Part shown: positions 1 to 8,821 of the stretch, piece after piece
Layout of the letters: every line of letters starts with the position of its first letter
Numbering within the stretch: position 1 is the first letter of the stretch
Made by a program: the position numbers and the translations under genes
Source: an uncultured Planctomycetales bacterium
GTDB lineage: Bacteria > Omnitrophota > Gorgyraeia > Zapsychrales > JAHFFX01
Direction: 5' to 3'
Assembly (NCBI GenBank): GCA_964612665.1
Contig: CAZTCI010000002.1
Coordinates: 211,659 to 275,658, forward strand
DNA: 64,000 nucleotides
Notes under the pieces: model-generated
What the model saw: only the letters and a program-made list of their open reading frames with translations
Told to the model about the DNA's origin: nothing
The model's database searches: none

Positions 1-1057
1 AGCGACATCTCAACCCGAAGGGCCTTCAACATTAAGTGGCGTTAAATCGGTGATTGCCGTTTCATCATGCAAAGGCGGGGTCGGCAAATCAACCGTGGCC
101 GCTTGCCTGGCGCTTGAACTCGCCGGCCGCGGTTTTAAAGTTGGACTTTTGGATGCGGACATCTACGGCCCGTCGGTGCCGTCTTTATTTGGATTCACGA
201 ACGTCACGGTTTATATGAATAAAGCGCAGCAGCTTCTGCCGTTAGAACAAAACAATTTGAAGATCATGTCGTTTGGGTTTTTGTTGGGCGATGCGCCGGC
301 TGTCATGCGCGGGCCGATTGTCTCGCGTTACATTCAACAGCTTTTGCACCAAACCGCATGGGGTGATTTGGATTATTTATTTATCGACATGCCGCCGGGA
401 ACAGGGGATGTGCAGTTAACGATCACCCAATCCGTCCGATTAAGCGGCGCTGTTATCGTCACGACCCGCCAAACGCTTTCACTCGTCGATGTCGCGCGCG
501 GGATTCTCATGTTTGAAAAAGTTGATGTCCCGATTTTGGGAATCATTGAAAACATGTCGTACTTCCAATGCGACAGCTGTGACAAAAAACATTACATCTT
601 CGGTGAAAGCCATCAAAATACTTTGGAAGATCGTTTCGGTGTTCCGATCTTGGCTGAAATTCCACTGCTTCCAGAATTAACCACTCGTTTGACAGGGCCG
701 ATTCAAAATGAATTTGTCAAAGGCGCTGTCGATCATGTCATTCGCAGCCTAGGCAAAATGACAATTGCCAAAAAGGAAGTCCCTCAAATCATTTTCAATC
801 AAAAAGAAGTCACGCTGCGCTGGCCTGACGACGAAACAATCACGGTCAACAACCGCGACCTTCGCCTAAGCTGCCGCTGCGCGTTGTGTATCAATGAAAT
901 CACCGGCGAAGTCTTAATCAAGCCAGAAAAAATTCCGCCTGACATCCAACCCAAATCAATCACCCCGCTAGGCAACTACGCGATCGGCATCACCTGGAGC
1001 GACGGGCATGCTTCGGGGATTTATCCGTATAAGACGATAAGGGAGTTGGCAAATTGA
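1..1057 (+). CDS. apbC: Mrp/ApbC/NBP35-family Fe-S cluster carrier ATPase with C-terminal DUF971 domain. It is 5'-partial: the frame is open to the window edge and the upstream residues GVKSVIAVSS precede the P-loop.
   Basis: Deviant Walker A SCKGGVGKST, a Mrp-like CxxC (CDSC) and a C-terminal WPDDETITV...LRLSCRCALCINE block typical of DUF971. There is no in-frame stop before position 50. Confidence 0.8.
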   Translation, partial: ATSQPEGPSTLSGVKSVIAVSSCKGGVGKSTVAACLALELAGRGFKVGLLDADIYGPSVPSLFGFTNVTVYMNKAQQLLPLEQNNLKIMSFGFLLGDAPAVMRGPIVSRYIQQLLHQTAWGDLDYLFIDMPPGTGDVQLTITQSVRLSGAVIVTTRQTLSLVDVARGILMFEKVDVPILGIIENMSYFQCDSCDKKHYIFGESHQNTLEDRFGVPILAEIPLLPELTTRLTGPIQNEFVKGAVDHVIRSLGKMTIAKKEVPQIIFNQKEVTLRWPDDETITVNNRDLRLSCRCALCINEITGEVLIKPEKIPPDIQPKSITPLGNYAIGITWSDGHASGIYPYKTIRELAN

Positions 1058-1194
1058 GAATTTCAAAATGCGCATTTTCGGCACCTGATTCCAAAATGCC
1101 ATTGCACTATAGACAACCTTTGCTACAATTAACCCCTTAATCGAACTCCCGTTTTCCCCAATCGGTTTCCCAAAAATCAGAAAGGGGATTTTTT

Positions 1195-1713
1195 ATGTCC
1201 AAAATAGTTATACCGATTCAGGATGTCGAGCGAAAAATTTATCTTATTAGAGGACAGAAGGTCATGCTTAGTAATCACCTGGCGGTGCTGTATGGTGTTC
1301 TTCCCAAAGTTTTAATTCAAGCCGTGAAAAGAAACATCGATCGTTTTCCTGATGATTTTATGTTCCAGCTAAGTGTGGAAGAATTCGAAAACTTGAAGTC
1401 ACAATTTGTGACTTCAAGTTGGGGCGGGTTAAGAAGGGCACGGCCATACGCGTTTACGGAACAGGGGATTGCGATGCTTTCCAGCGTCTTAAAAAGCCGT
1501 CAAGCTGTTTATATCAACATTGCCATTATGAGGGCGTTTGTAAAACTACGGCAGGTATTAGCGACACATAAAGAGCTCGCCGAGCGGCTCACAAAATTGG
1601 AAAATCGAATGGACAAAAAAGATCAGGAAGTCATTGCCCTTTTTGAGGCGATTCGAAAACTACTTGTTCCTTCACCTGAAAAGAATAAAGAGAGAATAGG
1701 GTTTCATCCTTAG
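1195..1713 (+). CDS. ORF6N (KilA-N-like) domain protein with C-terminal coiled coil, a phage/antirepressor-associated DNA-binding family
   Basis: The run [18 protein letters not shown]...[15 protein letters not shown]...[26 protein letters not shown] matches the ORF6N signature. An RBS (AAAGGGGA) sits 7 nt upstream of the ATG. Confidence 0.7.
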   Translation: MSKIVIPIQDVERKIYLIRGQKVMLSNHLAVLYGVLPKVLIQAVKRNIDRFPDDFMFQLSVEEFENLKSQFVTSSWGGLRRARPYAFTEQGIAMLSSVLKSRQAVYINIAIMRAFVKLRQVLATHKELAERLTKLENRMDKKDQEVIALFEAIRKLLVPSPEKNKERIGFHP

Positions 1714-1755
1714 ATGAACTAATTCCAGTACGCGCTGGAATTGATTCATAAAGTA

Positions 1756-1798
1756 AAATGCCGAATTTCAATGACGGTTAGAATTCGGCATTTGTTTT
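1756..1798. terminator. Bidirectional intrinsic terminator between the convergent ORF6N gene and grxD
   Basis: A 12-bp perfect stem aaatgccgaatt/aattcggcattt with a T-rich tract on both strands. Confidence 0.6.
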
Positions 1799-1814
1799 GA
1801 AGCTGAAGTACTCT

Positions 1815-2129
1815 TTATTTCACCGTATCAATTAACTTCTTCAACTCCCCATTCTGATGCATCTCCGTAATAATATCGCATCCACCGATAAATTCGCCGT
1901 TGATAAAAATTTGAGGGAGCGTGGGCCAGTCGGTGTAGTCTTTGATGCCTTGGCGTAGGGCTGGGTCTTCGAGGACGTTTTTACCAACGACGGTGACTCC
2001 GTAGGATTTTAAAACTGAAAGCGCTTGAGCTGAGAAGCCGCATTGCGGAGCATCGGCTGTGCCTTTCATGTAGATCAAGACTTTGTTGTTTTTGATATCG
2101 TTCGCTATTTGCGTTTTAACATCGGCCAT
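1815..2129 (-). CDS. grxD: Grx4-family monothiol glutaredoxin (CGFS type)
   Basis: The 104-aa product carries a CGFS active site (PQCGFS) and a GGCDI motif. Confidence 0.9.
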   Translation of the reverse strand: MADVKTQIANDIKNNKVLIYMKGTADAPQCGFSAQALSVLKSYGVTVVGKNVLEDPALRQGIKDYTDWPTLPQIFINGEFIGGCDIITEMHQNGELKKLIDTVK

Positions 2130-2237
2130 TTTTTGTCTCCTTGGCTGTTAATAGGGGTTAGGTTTTAGGTGTTAGTGGTTGTTGTCCCGTGAATTGAATC
2201 TAGAGTTCATTCGTTTGGCACGGTGACTGATACTCAG

Positions 2238-2513
2238 CTACTGCACGTTATATTTTTTTTGAAATTCCTCCCACTGCACTGGTGTCATTGTTTTCAAAGC
2301 CAAGGCATGAACCGATTCGGCGAAGGCTTGCATTAAGGGTTTCATGACCAGCTGATGCTGTTTCACAAGCGGCAGACCTTCGAAATCTTTACAGACAACA
2401 ATCGCCTGCAAGTGCTGACCGTCGTTGTTCGGATCGAAAATATGCGCAGTTGCTCCAGGAATCGCGTTTTCAATCGTTTTCTTAACATGCTCAATAATCA
2501 TTTTGATTTCCAA
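2238..2513 (-). CDS. BolA/IbaG-family protein. The ORF as drawn starts at a TTG; an ATG at 2501 is an alternative start.
   Basis: It is about 90 aa with a BolA-like HF..IVS/FEG pattern (ATAHIFDP...QHLQAIVVCKDFEG) and lies next to grxD, the classic Grx4-BolA pairing. Confidence 0.7.
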   Translation of the reverse strand: MEIKMIIEHVKKTIENAIPGATAHIFDPNNDGQHLQAIVVCKDFEGLPLVKQHQLVMKPLMQAFAESVHALALKTMTPVQWEEFQKKYNVQ

Positions 2514-2690
2514 TTCTTTTTAAGCCACTCGATAATATCCAACGACTCATAAAGCGCTTTGCCGTCGATAACGAGACACGGAACTCGGCGCGCGTATCTT
2601 TCATGGGAATCACAATATTATTTTGAGCCATGTAGTTGTTGACGCGGGTGCAAACGAGCAGCCTTTGAAGTGGTATAGGGTTAATTGCAT
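2495..2690 (-). pseudogene. Frameshifted remnant of a small thioredoxin-fold gene (GST N-terminal domain or Grx2-like)
   Basis: Three successive minus-strand frames read MQLTLYHFKGCSFAP..., then ...NIVIPMKDTRAEF, then ...RRVPCLVIDGKALYESLDIIEWLKK*. Together they reconstruct a GST-N-like fold (LY..xGCS...VP.LVIDG..L.ES..I.E.L), but no single intact ORF exists. Confidence 0.4.
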
Positions 2691-2762
2691 TTTTTAGAGT
2701 AGCGAGGAGAGAGGAGAAAGTAGAGAGTTTACTAATTCGATTGACTCGCTACTCTCTTCCTG

Positions 2763-3713
2763 CTACTTTCTACATTTATCGATAGTTAGTTGCTCCGCAA
2801 ATTTAATAACCCGATCCTCAAGCCGCTTATTTTGAAAACGGCTCATCTCCTGCAAACACGTCGGTGACGTGACATTAACTTCAATTAGATATTCACCCAG
2901 CACGTCAATGCCAACAAAATAGAGGCCAAGCTTTTTTAATTCAGGTTTTAAAATTTCCACAATTTCCAAATCACGTTTCGTAATTTGAGCCGGCAAGGCT
3001 TTGCCGCCAGCGAAAAGATTGTTGCGGTGATCGTCGTCAGCATGCAGACGTAAAACAGCGCCCAAAGGTTCACCATTAAGAAGTAAAATCCGTTTATCGC
3101 CTTGAGTGGCTTCGGGAACGTATTGTTGGAGAATGATGTCTCTTGTCCATTTCTGGGTCAAGGTTTCCAAAATAACTTTCGCGTTTTGATGGTCCTTTTG
3201 AATGTGAAAAATAGAAGACCCGCCGAAAGAATCCGTGGGCTTGGCGATAACATTTTCTTCCTGAATGAGAAATTCTAAAAGGTCTTGGCGTCTTTGGCTA
3301 ATCAGTGTCCGCGGAATAAGCGGCGAAAATTGTGCGGTCCAAATTTTTTCATTAACCGTGCGAATACCATGCGGCGTATTTAAAACTGGAATGTGTTTGG
3401 GCAATTGATCCAAGAGCCAGGTATTTAATAAATATTGGGCGTCGAAAGGCGGATCGTTTCGGATAAACACACAATTAATTTCATCGGCGCTGAGTTTGTG
3501 TGTTTCTTTTTTTAAAAAAGGTTCGTCTAAATTTTGCTGAGGGATGACTGATAACGCGTGAAAATAAACCCGGCTACTTTGAAGAACAATATCGCCATCC
3601 CCAACGAAAAAAACCCTGTGTCCCCGCCGATGCGCCGCCAACATTAAGATAAAGGTCGTATCTTTATCCATCATGACCGTGGACAAAGGATCCATGACAA
3701 AGACAAAATTCAT
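2763..3713 (-). CDS. gshB: Glutathione synthetase, prokaryotic ATP-grasp type
   Basis: At 316 aa it matches E. coli GshB in length and shows VMDP...KDTTF N-terminal, KP.D..GG..IF and VGIDVLG.YL.EVNVTSPTC C-terminal motifs. Confidence 0.9.
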   Translation of the reverse strand: MNFVFVMDPLSTVMMDKDTTFILMLAAHRRGHRVFFVGDGDIVLQSSRVYFHALSVIPQQNLDEPFLKKETHKLSADEINCVFIRNDPPFDAQYLLNTWLLDQLPKHIPVLNTPHGIRTVNEKIWTAQFSPLIPRTLISQRRQDLLEFLIQEENVIAKPTDSFGGSSIFHIQKDHQNAKVILETLTQKWTRDIILQQYVPEATQGDKRILLLNGEPLGAVLRLHADDDHRNNLFAGGKALPAQITKRDLEIVEILKPELKKLGLYFVGIDVLGEYLIEVNVTSPTCLQEMSRFQNKRLEDRVIKFAEQLTIDKCRK

Positions 3714-4999
3714 TTCGGATTTTTCTCCAGCTGAACAACCTCACGGCAGGCCGCGATGCCGGCGATGCGCGCCAGTATCCGGTAGATGTCAAAGATATTC
3801 ATGTTGTGACTCACTCCGCATTGTCCGTATTTTTCCGAATGCGGGCACATTTTTTTAAAGCCCATGCCGGTTGAATTAAGATTTTGGCGTTCGTTTTTCT
3901 CGGTGTTAAACCGGTAAAACCCGCCGATTAAGTTATTTTCAATCTGATAAATGCAAACCTCACTCACCTGCTCATCGACTTGATGAATTGTCGGGACGCC
4001 TTCTTGAAGGATGTAACGGTGAATCACTTGAGAAGATTTGCCTTTATAAAGTTTGTTTTTATCTTTGCGGTTGAGATTAATCAAATCATTTGGATCTTCA
4101 ATCGCCATCACACCCATGCCATAAGTGCCGGAATCGGATTTTACAAAAATAAAAGGCTTTTCATCAATGTGATGTTCGTCGTATTTGGCTTGAATACGTT
4201 TGAAAAGATCAGAAGCAATGTCTTTGAGTTTGACGCGGTCTTCATCCTTATTAATGTCAATTGACTCAGCCACTGAATAATGAGCCGAGAAAAGCCACGG
4301 ATCAAGGTCAATGATTTGGCCAAACTCTTTCATCAGATCCGCGGTAAATTTAAAGTGATGCGATTTGAGGCGCGAATGCCAGCCCGCTTGGATCGACGGG
4401 TAAATGGGAATGTTAGAATTTTTTAAAACCTCCGGGATCCCGGTTGTTAAATCATTGTTCAAAATTATTAAATCGTAATTGGCCTGGTTGGCTTGAATGT
4501 CGTTAAGAATACGTTTGAAACAAAAAATTTGGAGGGGTTTTCCTGTGGCTGTTTCGAGTTCAACCGATTTTGCATTCTCACAAAAATAAGGTTGAACGGA
4601 GAGGAAGGTCGCGACTTTAACATTGAAGCCGCCTTGTTCAATAATTTCTTTAAGGATGCGGACGTTTTCTAAATACCAAGTGTTGCGGGTGTGTTCTTCG
4701 GCCACAATCAAAATATTCTTGCAGGTAGGAACGCGTTTGAGAATAGCTTCTTTGAAAAATTTAACTGAATCCGCCAGACCATGTTCGCAAAGATTGTTAA
4801 ATCCGGCGGGGAATAAATTGGTATCGACGACTGTAATTTTAAATCCAGCATCGCGGATATCAACCGACGAGTAAATAGGAAGCTCGCGGCAGCGTTCGCG
4901 TTCTTGAAGCCACTGGTGGATTTCAGCTTGTTTGCCCTTGATGCGTTCAACAAAAATCGCTGAGCAGAATTTTTTATTGGTGACCGAAGGATTGATCAT
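3710..4999 (-). CDS. gshA: Glutamate--cysteine ligase, short (about 430 aa) Acidithiobacillus-ferrooxidans-type family
   Basis: A 429-aa ORF sits immediately upstream of gshB with a 4-nt ATGA overlap. Size and context fit the short GshA family. The call is not motif-verified. Confidence 0.55.
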   Translation of the reverse strand: MINPSVTNKKFCSAIFVERIKGKQAEIHQWLQERERCRELPIYSSVDIRDAGFKITVVDTNLFPAGFNNLCEHGLADSVKFFKEAILKRVPTCKNILIVAEEHTRNTWYLENVRILKEIIEQGGFNVKVATFLSVQPYFCENAKSVELETATGKPLQIFCFKRILNDIQANQANYDLIILNNDLTTGIPEVLKNSNIPIYPSIQAGWHSRLKSHHFKFTADLMKEFGQIIDLDPWLFSAHYSVAESIDINKDEDRVKLKDIASDLFKRIQAKYDEHHIDEKPFIFVKSDSGTYGMGVMAIEDPNDLINLNRKDKNKLYKGKSSQVIHRYILQEGVPTIHQVDEQVSEVCIYQIENNLIGGFYRFNTEKNERQNLNSTGMGFKKMCPHSEKYGQCGVSHNMNIFDIYRILARIAGIAACREVVQLEKNPK

Positions 5000-5289
5000 T
5001 CAGAAATCCTTTGTTTTTTTAATTTAAAGGAAAATTATTATGCCTTAAATCAATAGGCTTGTCGAGACCAATTTGAGGATTGAGGAACATTATTTAACGC
5101 GGATGCTCTTGGATTACACACAGATTGCGCAGATATTCTATTTAAATCCGCGATCATCTGCGTGCAATCCGCATTTTAAGGGCAAAATGCTTTACTCTTT
5201 TCAGTTTTCTGGTATATTGAAATAGCATTTTGCTTAACCGCTCTCATCAACATGCGCCCAAAATCTAAAACAACTATTGTAAAAAACCT

Positions 5290-6201
5290 ATGAAACAGAC
5301 AAAGTCTGCCGGTGGCATTGTCCTCAACACTTCAGGTCTTGTCCTTATGGTCAAACAAGCCAACGGTGTCATGACATTCCCCAAAGGTCCCATCCACCGC
5401 GGCGAAGAAATTTTAAGCGCCGCTCACCGGGCGATTTATGAAGAAACCGGCATCAATCGCCTTGAACTCATCAAAGTTTTAGGTCATTATTACCGCTACC
5501 GTATTGGTGTTAAAGGCGGTGAAGATTCTTCCGAATACAAAAAAATTTGTATGTTTTTCTTTACGACGGACCAAGAACATATCAAACCCTTGAGCCCTGA
5601 AATCACTGAGGCGCTTTGGGTTGATATGGAAGAAGTTGCTTCTTTGCTAACTCACGTCAAAGATAAACAATTTTTTCAGAAAGTCGAAGATAAAGTCGCA
5701 AGCCTTTGGCAGCAGGAGAAACGTTTTCCCAGTCCCAAACGAGTCGTTACTTTCCACTATACGCTCTTTGACCAAAACGGTAATACCATTGAGTCGTCAT
5801 CTGGAAGTCGACCGGTTAGTTGTTTGGAAGGCAGCGACCAAGTTGTTCCCGGATTGGCCCGCAATTTGTTTACTTTAAAAAAGGATGATCAGAAGCGCAT
5901 CATCGTTAGAGCTTATGAAGCGTATGGTTACCGGGATGAAGAATTGGTCAACCGGATTCCGCTCACCATGATTCCAATAAAAGTTTCGATCGGTGATATC
6001 CTAGAAGTACAAGGCGATGATGGTATTCCACAAAAAGTTACCGCCACCGCAAAAACACTGCATGATGTCACGCTCGATGGTAATCATCCGCTGGCGGGAC
6101 AGGATTTGGTCTTTGAAGTCCAGGTCCTCGACGTCCGCTCAGCCACGTCCGGAGAATTAATCATGATTCAAAGTCACAAAGAAAATTCCGATAACAAATA
6201 A
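5290..6201 (+). CDS. Fusion protein with an N-terminal NUDIX hydrolase domain and a C-terminal FKBP-type (SlyD-like) peptidyl-prolyl isomerase domain
   Basis: A Nudix box (GPIHRGEEILSAAHRAIYEETGI) lies in residues about 30-55. The C-terminal half has an FKBP/SlyD pattern (VVTFHYTLFDQNGNTIESS...DGNHPLAGQDLVFEVQVLDVRSAT). Confidence 0.65.
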   Translation: MKQTKSAGGIVLNTSGLVLMVKQANGVMTFPKGPIHRGEEILSAAHRAIYEETGINRLELIKVLGHYYRYRIGVKGGEDSSEYKKICMFFFTTDQEHIKPLSPEITEALWVDMEEVASLLTHVKDKQFFQKVEDKVASLWQQEKRFPSPKRVVTFHYTLFDQNGNTIESSSGSRPVSCLEGSDQVVPGLARNLFTLKKDDQKRIIVRAYEAYGYRDEELVNRIPLTMIPIKVSIGDILEVQGDDGIPQKVTATAKTLHDVTLDGNHPLAGQDLVFEVQVLDVRSATSGELIMIQSHKENSDNK

Positions 6202-6280
6202 TCCAAAAAATAATTGGCGGTTATTTAAAAGTAGGTACAATACAAATGAAGTTTAACTTGTTTTTAACTTAGGAGGGAAA

Positions 6281-6871
6281 ATGTTTAATAAAGCATTAGC
6301 ATTTTTAACGTATTTAATTTTAATTATCCTTTTAATAAATGGTGGAAATACTCTCTTTGCCGCTGAAGTTTACAAAATTGATCCAGCACATTCGTCGATT
6401 GAATTTACGGTAACGCATTTGATGGTTAGCGAAGTGAAAGGCGGCTTCGGGGATTACGCCGGGACCATTACGTATGATAAAACCGATCCGAAAACTTTTG
6501 CGACCGAGGCCACAATCAAAACCGCCAGCATTGATACTCATCAATCCAAAAGAGATGAACATTTAAAAAGCGCGGATTTCTTTGATGCGGAGAATTTCCC
6601 GACGATTACTTTTAAAAGCAAACAATTAACTGATAGTACTTTGACGGGAGATTTAACTATTCGCGGAGTGACAAAACAGATTTCGATGCCCGTTAAGATT
6701 AATGGGCCGGTCAACAGTCCAATGGGTGCCAAGGTGATTGGTTTGTCCGGATCAACGAAAATTAACCGTCAGGATTTTGGAGTTTCTTGGAACAAGGCGC
6801 TTGATTCAGGTGGTTATGTGGTGGGAGATGAGGTAACGATTAATGTTAGTTTTGAAGCGGATGCAAAGTAA
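6281..6871 (+). CDS. yceI: YceI-family periplasmic protein (polyisoprenoid-binding) with signal peptide
   Basis: A signal peptide is followed by the YceI-like core YKIDPAHSSIEFTVTHLMVSEVKGGF. Confidence 0.8.
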   Translation: MFNKALAFLTYLILIILLINGGNTLFAAEVYKIDPAHSSIEFTVTHLMVSEVKGGFGDYAGTITYDKTDPKTFATEATIKTASIDTHQSKRDEHLKSADFFDAENFPTITFKSKQLTDSTLTGDLTIRGVTKQISMPVKINGPVNSPMGAKVIGLSGSTKINRQDFGVSWNKALDSGGYVVGDEVTINVSFEADAK

Positions 6872-6885
6872 GATTTGAAACTTGG

Positions 6886-6950
6886 CGCCGGGCGCCGACC
6901 CCGGCGAAAAAAGGCGCGTGGGTCGGCGCCCGCGTTTTCATTCACCGCAA
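6886..6950 (+). terminator. GC-rich intrinsic terminator after yceI
   Basis: The stem ggcgccgaccc/gggtcggcgcc is followed by cgcgtttt. It is a GC-rich island of roughly 75% GC in an AT-rich region. Confidence 0.6.
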
Positions 6951-7780
6951 TGGTTAATCGCATGCTGCTTAAAAATTTTTCAATAATTTTTGCCGTTGTT
7001 TGCTTGATAAACGTTCCAACTGTTTTTGCCGATACAATTCACTTGAAAACCGGCGGCAATGTGACGGGAAAAATTCTTGAAACAACCGCTCAAGAAACCA
7101 AAGTCGATGTGGCTGGCGTAACGCTTACTTATTATGCAGAAGAGATTGCTGGTATCAACTCAGACTCACAGGTAGTTCAATCATCTCAAAAATCAACAGC
7201 CCACATACAAACCATTCCAAATACTTCTTCACCGGCACCACAGGCCAATGACTCGGTGAAAGCAGTAGTAGTCGATCAAGCTTTAGACTCTGCCTCAGCA
7301 TCCAATGCCGCGTCCCCAGCCGCTCATGTGAATGATCAAATTTCAAAAGAAGAAGTCAAAAATGTTTTAGAAAGAATTGAAAAAGCCGTTAACGGTCGAG
7401 ATCTAAAGGCGGTCAAAGATTTGTTCTGGGATGACGCCGTGCTTTCTCTCAAAGAAAATGATAACGGCCAGGAATACCAATTGGCATTAGCGGATTATCT
7501 TAACGTTATTCAAAAAATGTGGCAGCAAACCCAGCAGTACGCCTTCCAATACACCCTCAACGATATTACGGTAACGGGCAACCGTGCCGTTTGCCACGGG
7601 ATTCCGCAGGAAACTTTAACCACCTCCGACGGGAAAACGATCCAATCGGTCGCCGATTCAGAAGACGGATTTGAAAAAAGAAATGGTGTGGTTAAAAAGA
7701 TTTATCACCACCGCACACATTCTGCTTTAAGCGAACTAAATCATTCCGAAGTCCACGAACAAACAGCTCTTCAAAAATAA
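6950..7780 (+). CDS. Secreted protein with a C-terminal NTF2-like (DUF4440/SnoaL-like) domain. The start is reassigned to the ATG at 6950, downstream of the terminator hairpin.
   Basis: A signal peptide (MLLKNFSIIFAVVCLINVPTVFA) is followed by a Ser/Ala-rich linker and an NTF2-like C-terminal region. The reported ORF start at 6875 falls inside the yceI terminator. Confidence 0.5.
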   Translation: MVNRMLLKNFSIIFAVVCLINVPTVFADTIHLKTGGNVTGKILETTAQETKVDVAGVTLTYYAEEIAGINSDSQVVQSSQKSTAHIQTIPNTSSPAPQANDSVKAVVVDQALDSASASNAASPAAHVNDQISKEEVKNVLERIEKAVNGRDLKAVKDLFWDDAVLSLKENDNGQEYQLALADYLNVIQKMWQQTQQYAFQYTLNDITVTGNRAVCHGIPQETLTTSDGKTIQSVADSEDGFEKRNGVVKKIYHHRTHSALSELNHSEVHEQTALQK

Positions 7781-7794
7781 AATTTTATTTTAAA

Positions 7795-8664
7795 TTAATC
7801 TGGTGGTTGTGGTGACGCTGAAGGATCTAGATAAAGGCGGGATAATTCTTTGGTTAGATACTGAAATGCGGAATCTACATCATTAAACAATTTAAAAAGA
7901 TTTAAATCTTCTTCATTAATCATTCCCCATTTGACCATGGCTTTGAAGTTAATCAGTTCATTCCAATAATCTGTTCCGTAAAGAATAATCGGCATATATT
8001 TTTTTGATTTTTTGGTTTGAACAAGGGTCAGTAATTCAAAAAATTCATCCAGCGTGCCGAAACCGCCCGGAAAAACAATCAATGCCTTGGCCAAGTAAAA
8101 AAACCAAAATTTGCGGATAAAAAAGTAATGGAAGTCAAAGGAGATTTCCATTGTTTGATACGGATTGGGAAGTTGTTCAAAAGGCAAGCTGATATTCAAT
8201 CCAATCGACGGACCTCCGGCCATTTTAGCGCCTTTGTTGGCGGCTTCCATGATTCCAGGACCACCGCCGGAACAGATGATAAAGCGTTTGTGCTGTTCCG
8301 ATAAACCAAGCGACCAGCTCGCTAATTTTTGTGATAAACTGACCGCTTCTTCATAATAACGTGACATGCTTAAATTACCTTGGGCCCGGTCAAAAAGGGA
8401 AAGAAGTTCTTTGGAAGGCGGGACTTGTTTATCCAAACGAGATTTAATATTCTCAAGATTTTTTTGAGCTTCATCGCGTGACAGAGTGCGCGCCGAACCA
8501 AAAAAAACAATTGTGTCTTTGATTTTGTGCTGGCGGAATCGGACTTCGGGTTCTAGCATCTCACACATGACCCGAACTAAACGCGCCGGCGGGCTGTTTA
8601 AGAAAGCCATGTTTTCATAGGCTTTCTGCAGAGGATTGGTTGTAATTTTTAAATCGTCATCCAT
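7795..8664 (-). CDS. LOG-family (TIGR00730, Rossmann-fold nucleotide-binding) protein
   Basis: It carries PGGFGTLDEFFE and GGGPGIMEA motifs typical of LOG proteins, which are cytokinin riboside 5'-monophosphate phosphoribohydrolase-like. Confidence 0.75.
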   Translation of the reverse strand: MDDDLKITTNPLQKAYENMAFLNSPPARLVRVMCEMLEPEVRFRQHKIKDTIVFFGSARTLSRDEAQKNLENIKSRLDKQVPPSKELLSLFDRAQGNLSMSRYYEEAVSLSQKLASWSLGLSEQHKRFIICSGGGPGIMEAANKGAKMAGGPSIGLNISLPFEQLPNPYQTMEISFDFHYFFIRKFWFFYLAKALIVFPGGFGTLDEFFELLTLVQTKKSKKYMPIILYGTDYWNELINFKAMVKWGMINEEDLNLFKLFNDVDSAFQYLTKELSRLYLDPSASPQPPD

Positions 8665-8821
8665 AATTATTTCTGAATTTTAAACGGCAATCTTCAAGGA
8701 ATCATTTCAATCATAACAAACCACTCTTGATTTGCAAGATATTCCGCCGATTTATTATTGTGTTTAATTATGTTTCCCTTTAAAATGACGCCACTGCTCT
8801 AAACAAAATAGGAGGATTGGA

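Noticed and set aside
373-680. Short ORFs inside or antisense to annotated genes (for example 373-585, 489-680, 10917-11327, 33080-33364, 34087-34713, 58544-58955, 59012-59395, 60499-60921)
   Set aside because: Each lies within a well-supported longer CDS on the same or opposite strand, and none has recognisable motifs. They are treated as chance ORFs.
2691-2760. Purine/pyrimidine-skewed segment agagtagcgaggagagagg ... ctcgctactctcttcc as a repeat element
   Set aside because: It is an 11-bp stem (agagtagcgag/ctcgctactct) with a long loop. It lies between the redoxin remnant and gshB and is most likely a terminator-like structure, not a repeat family.
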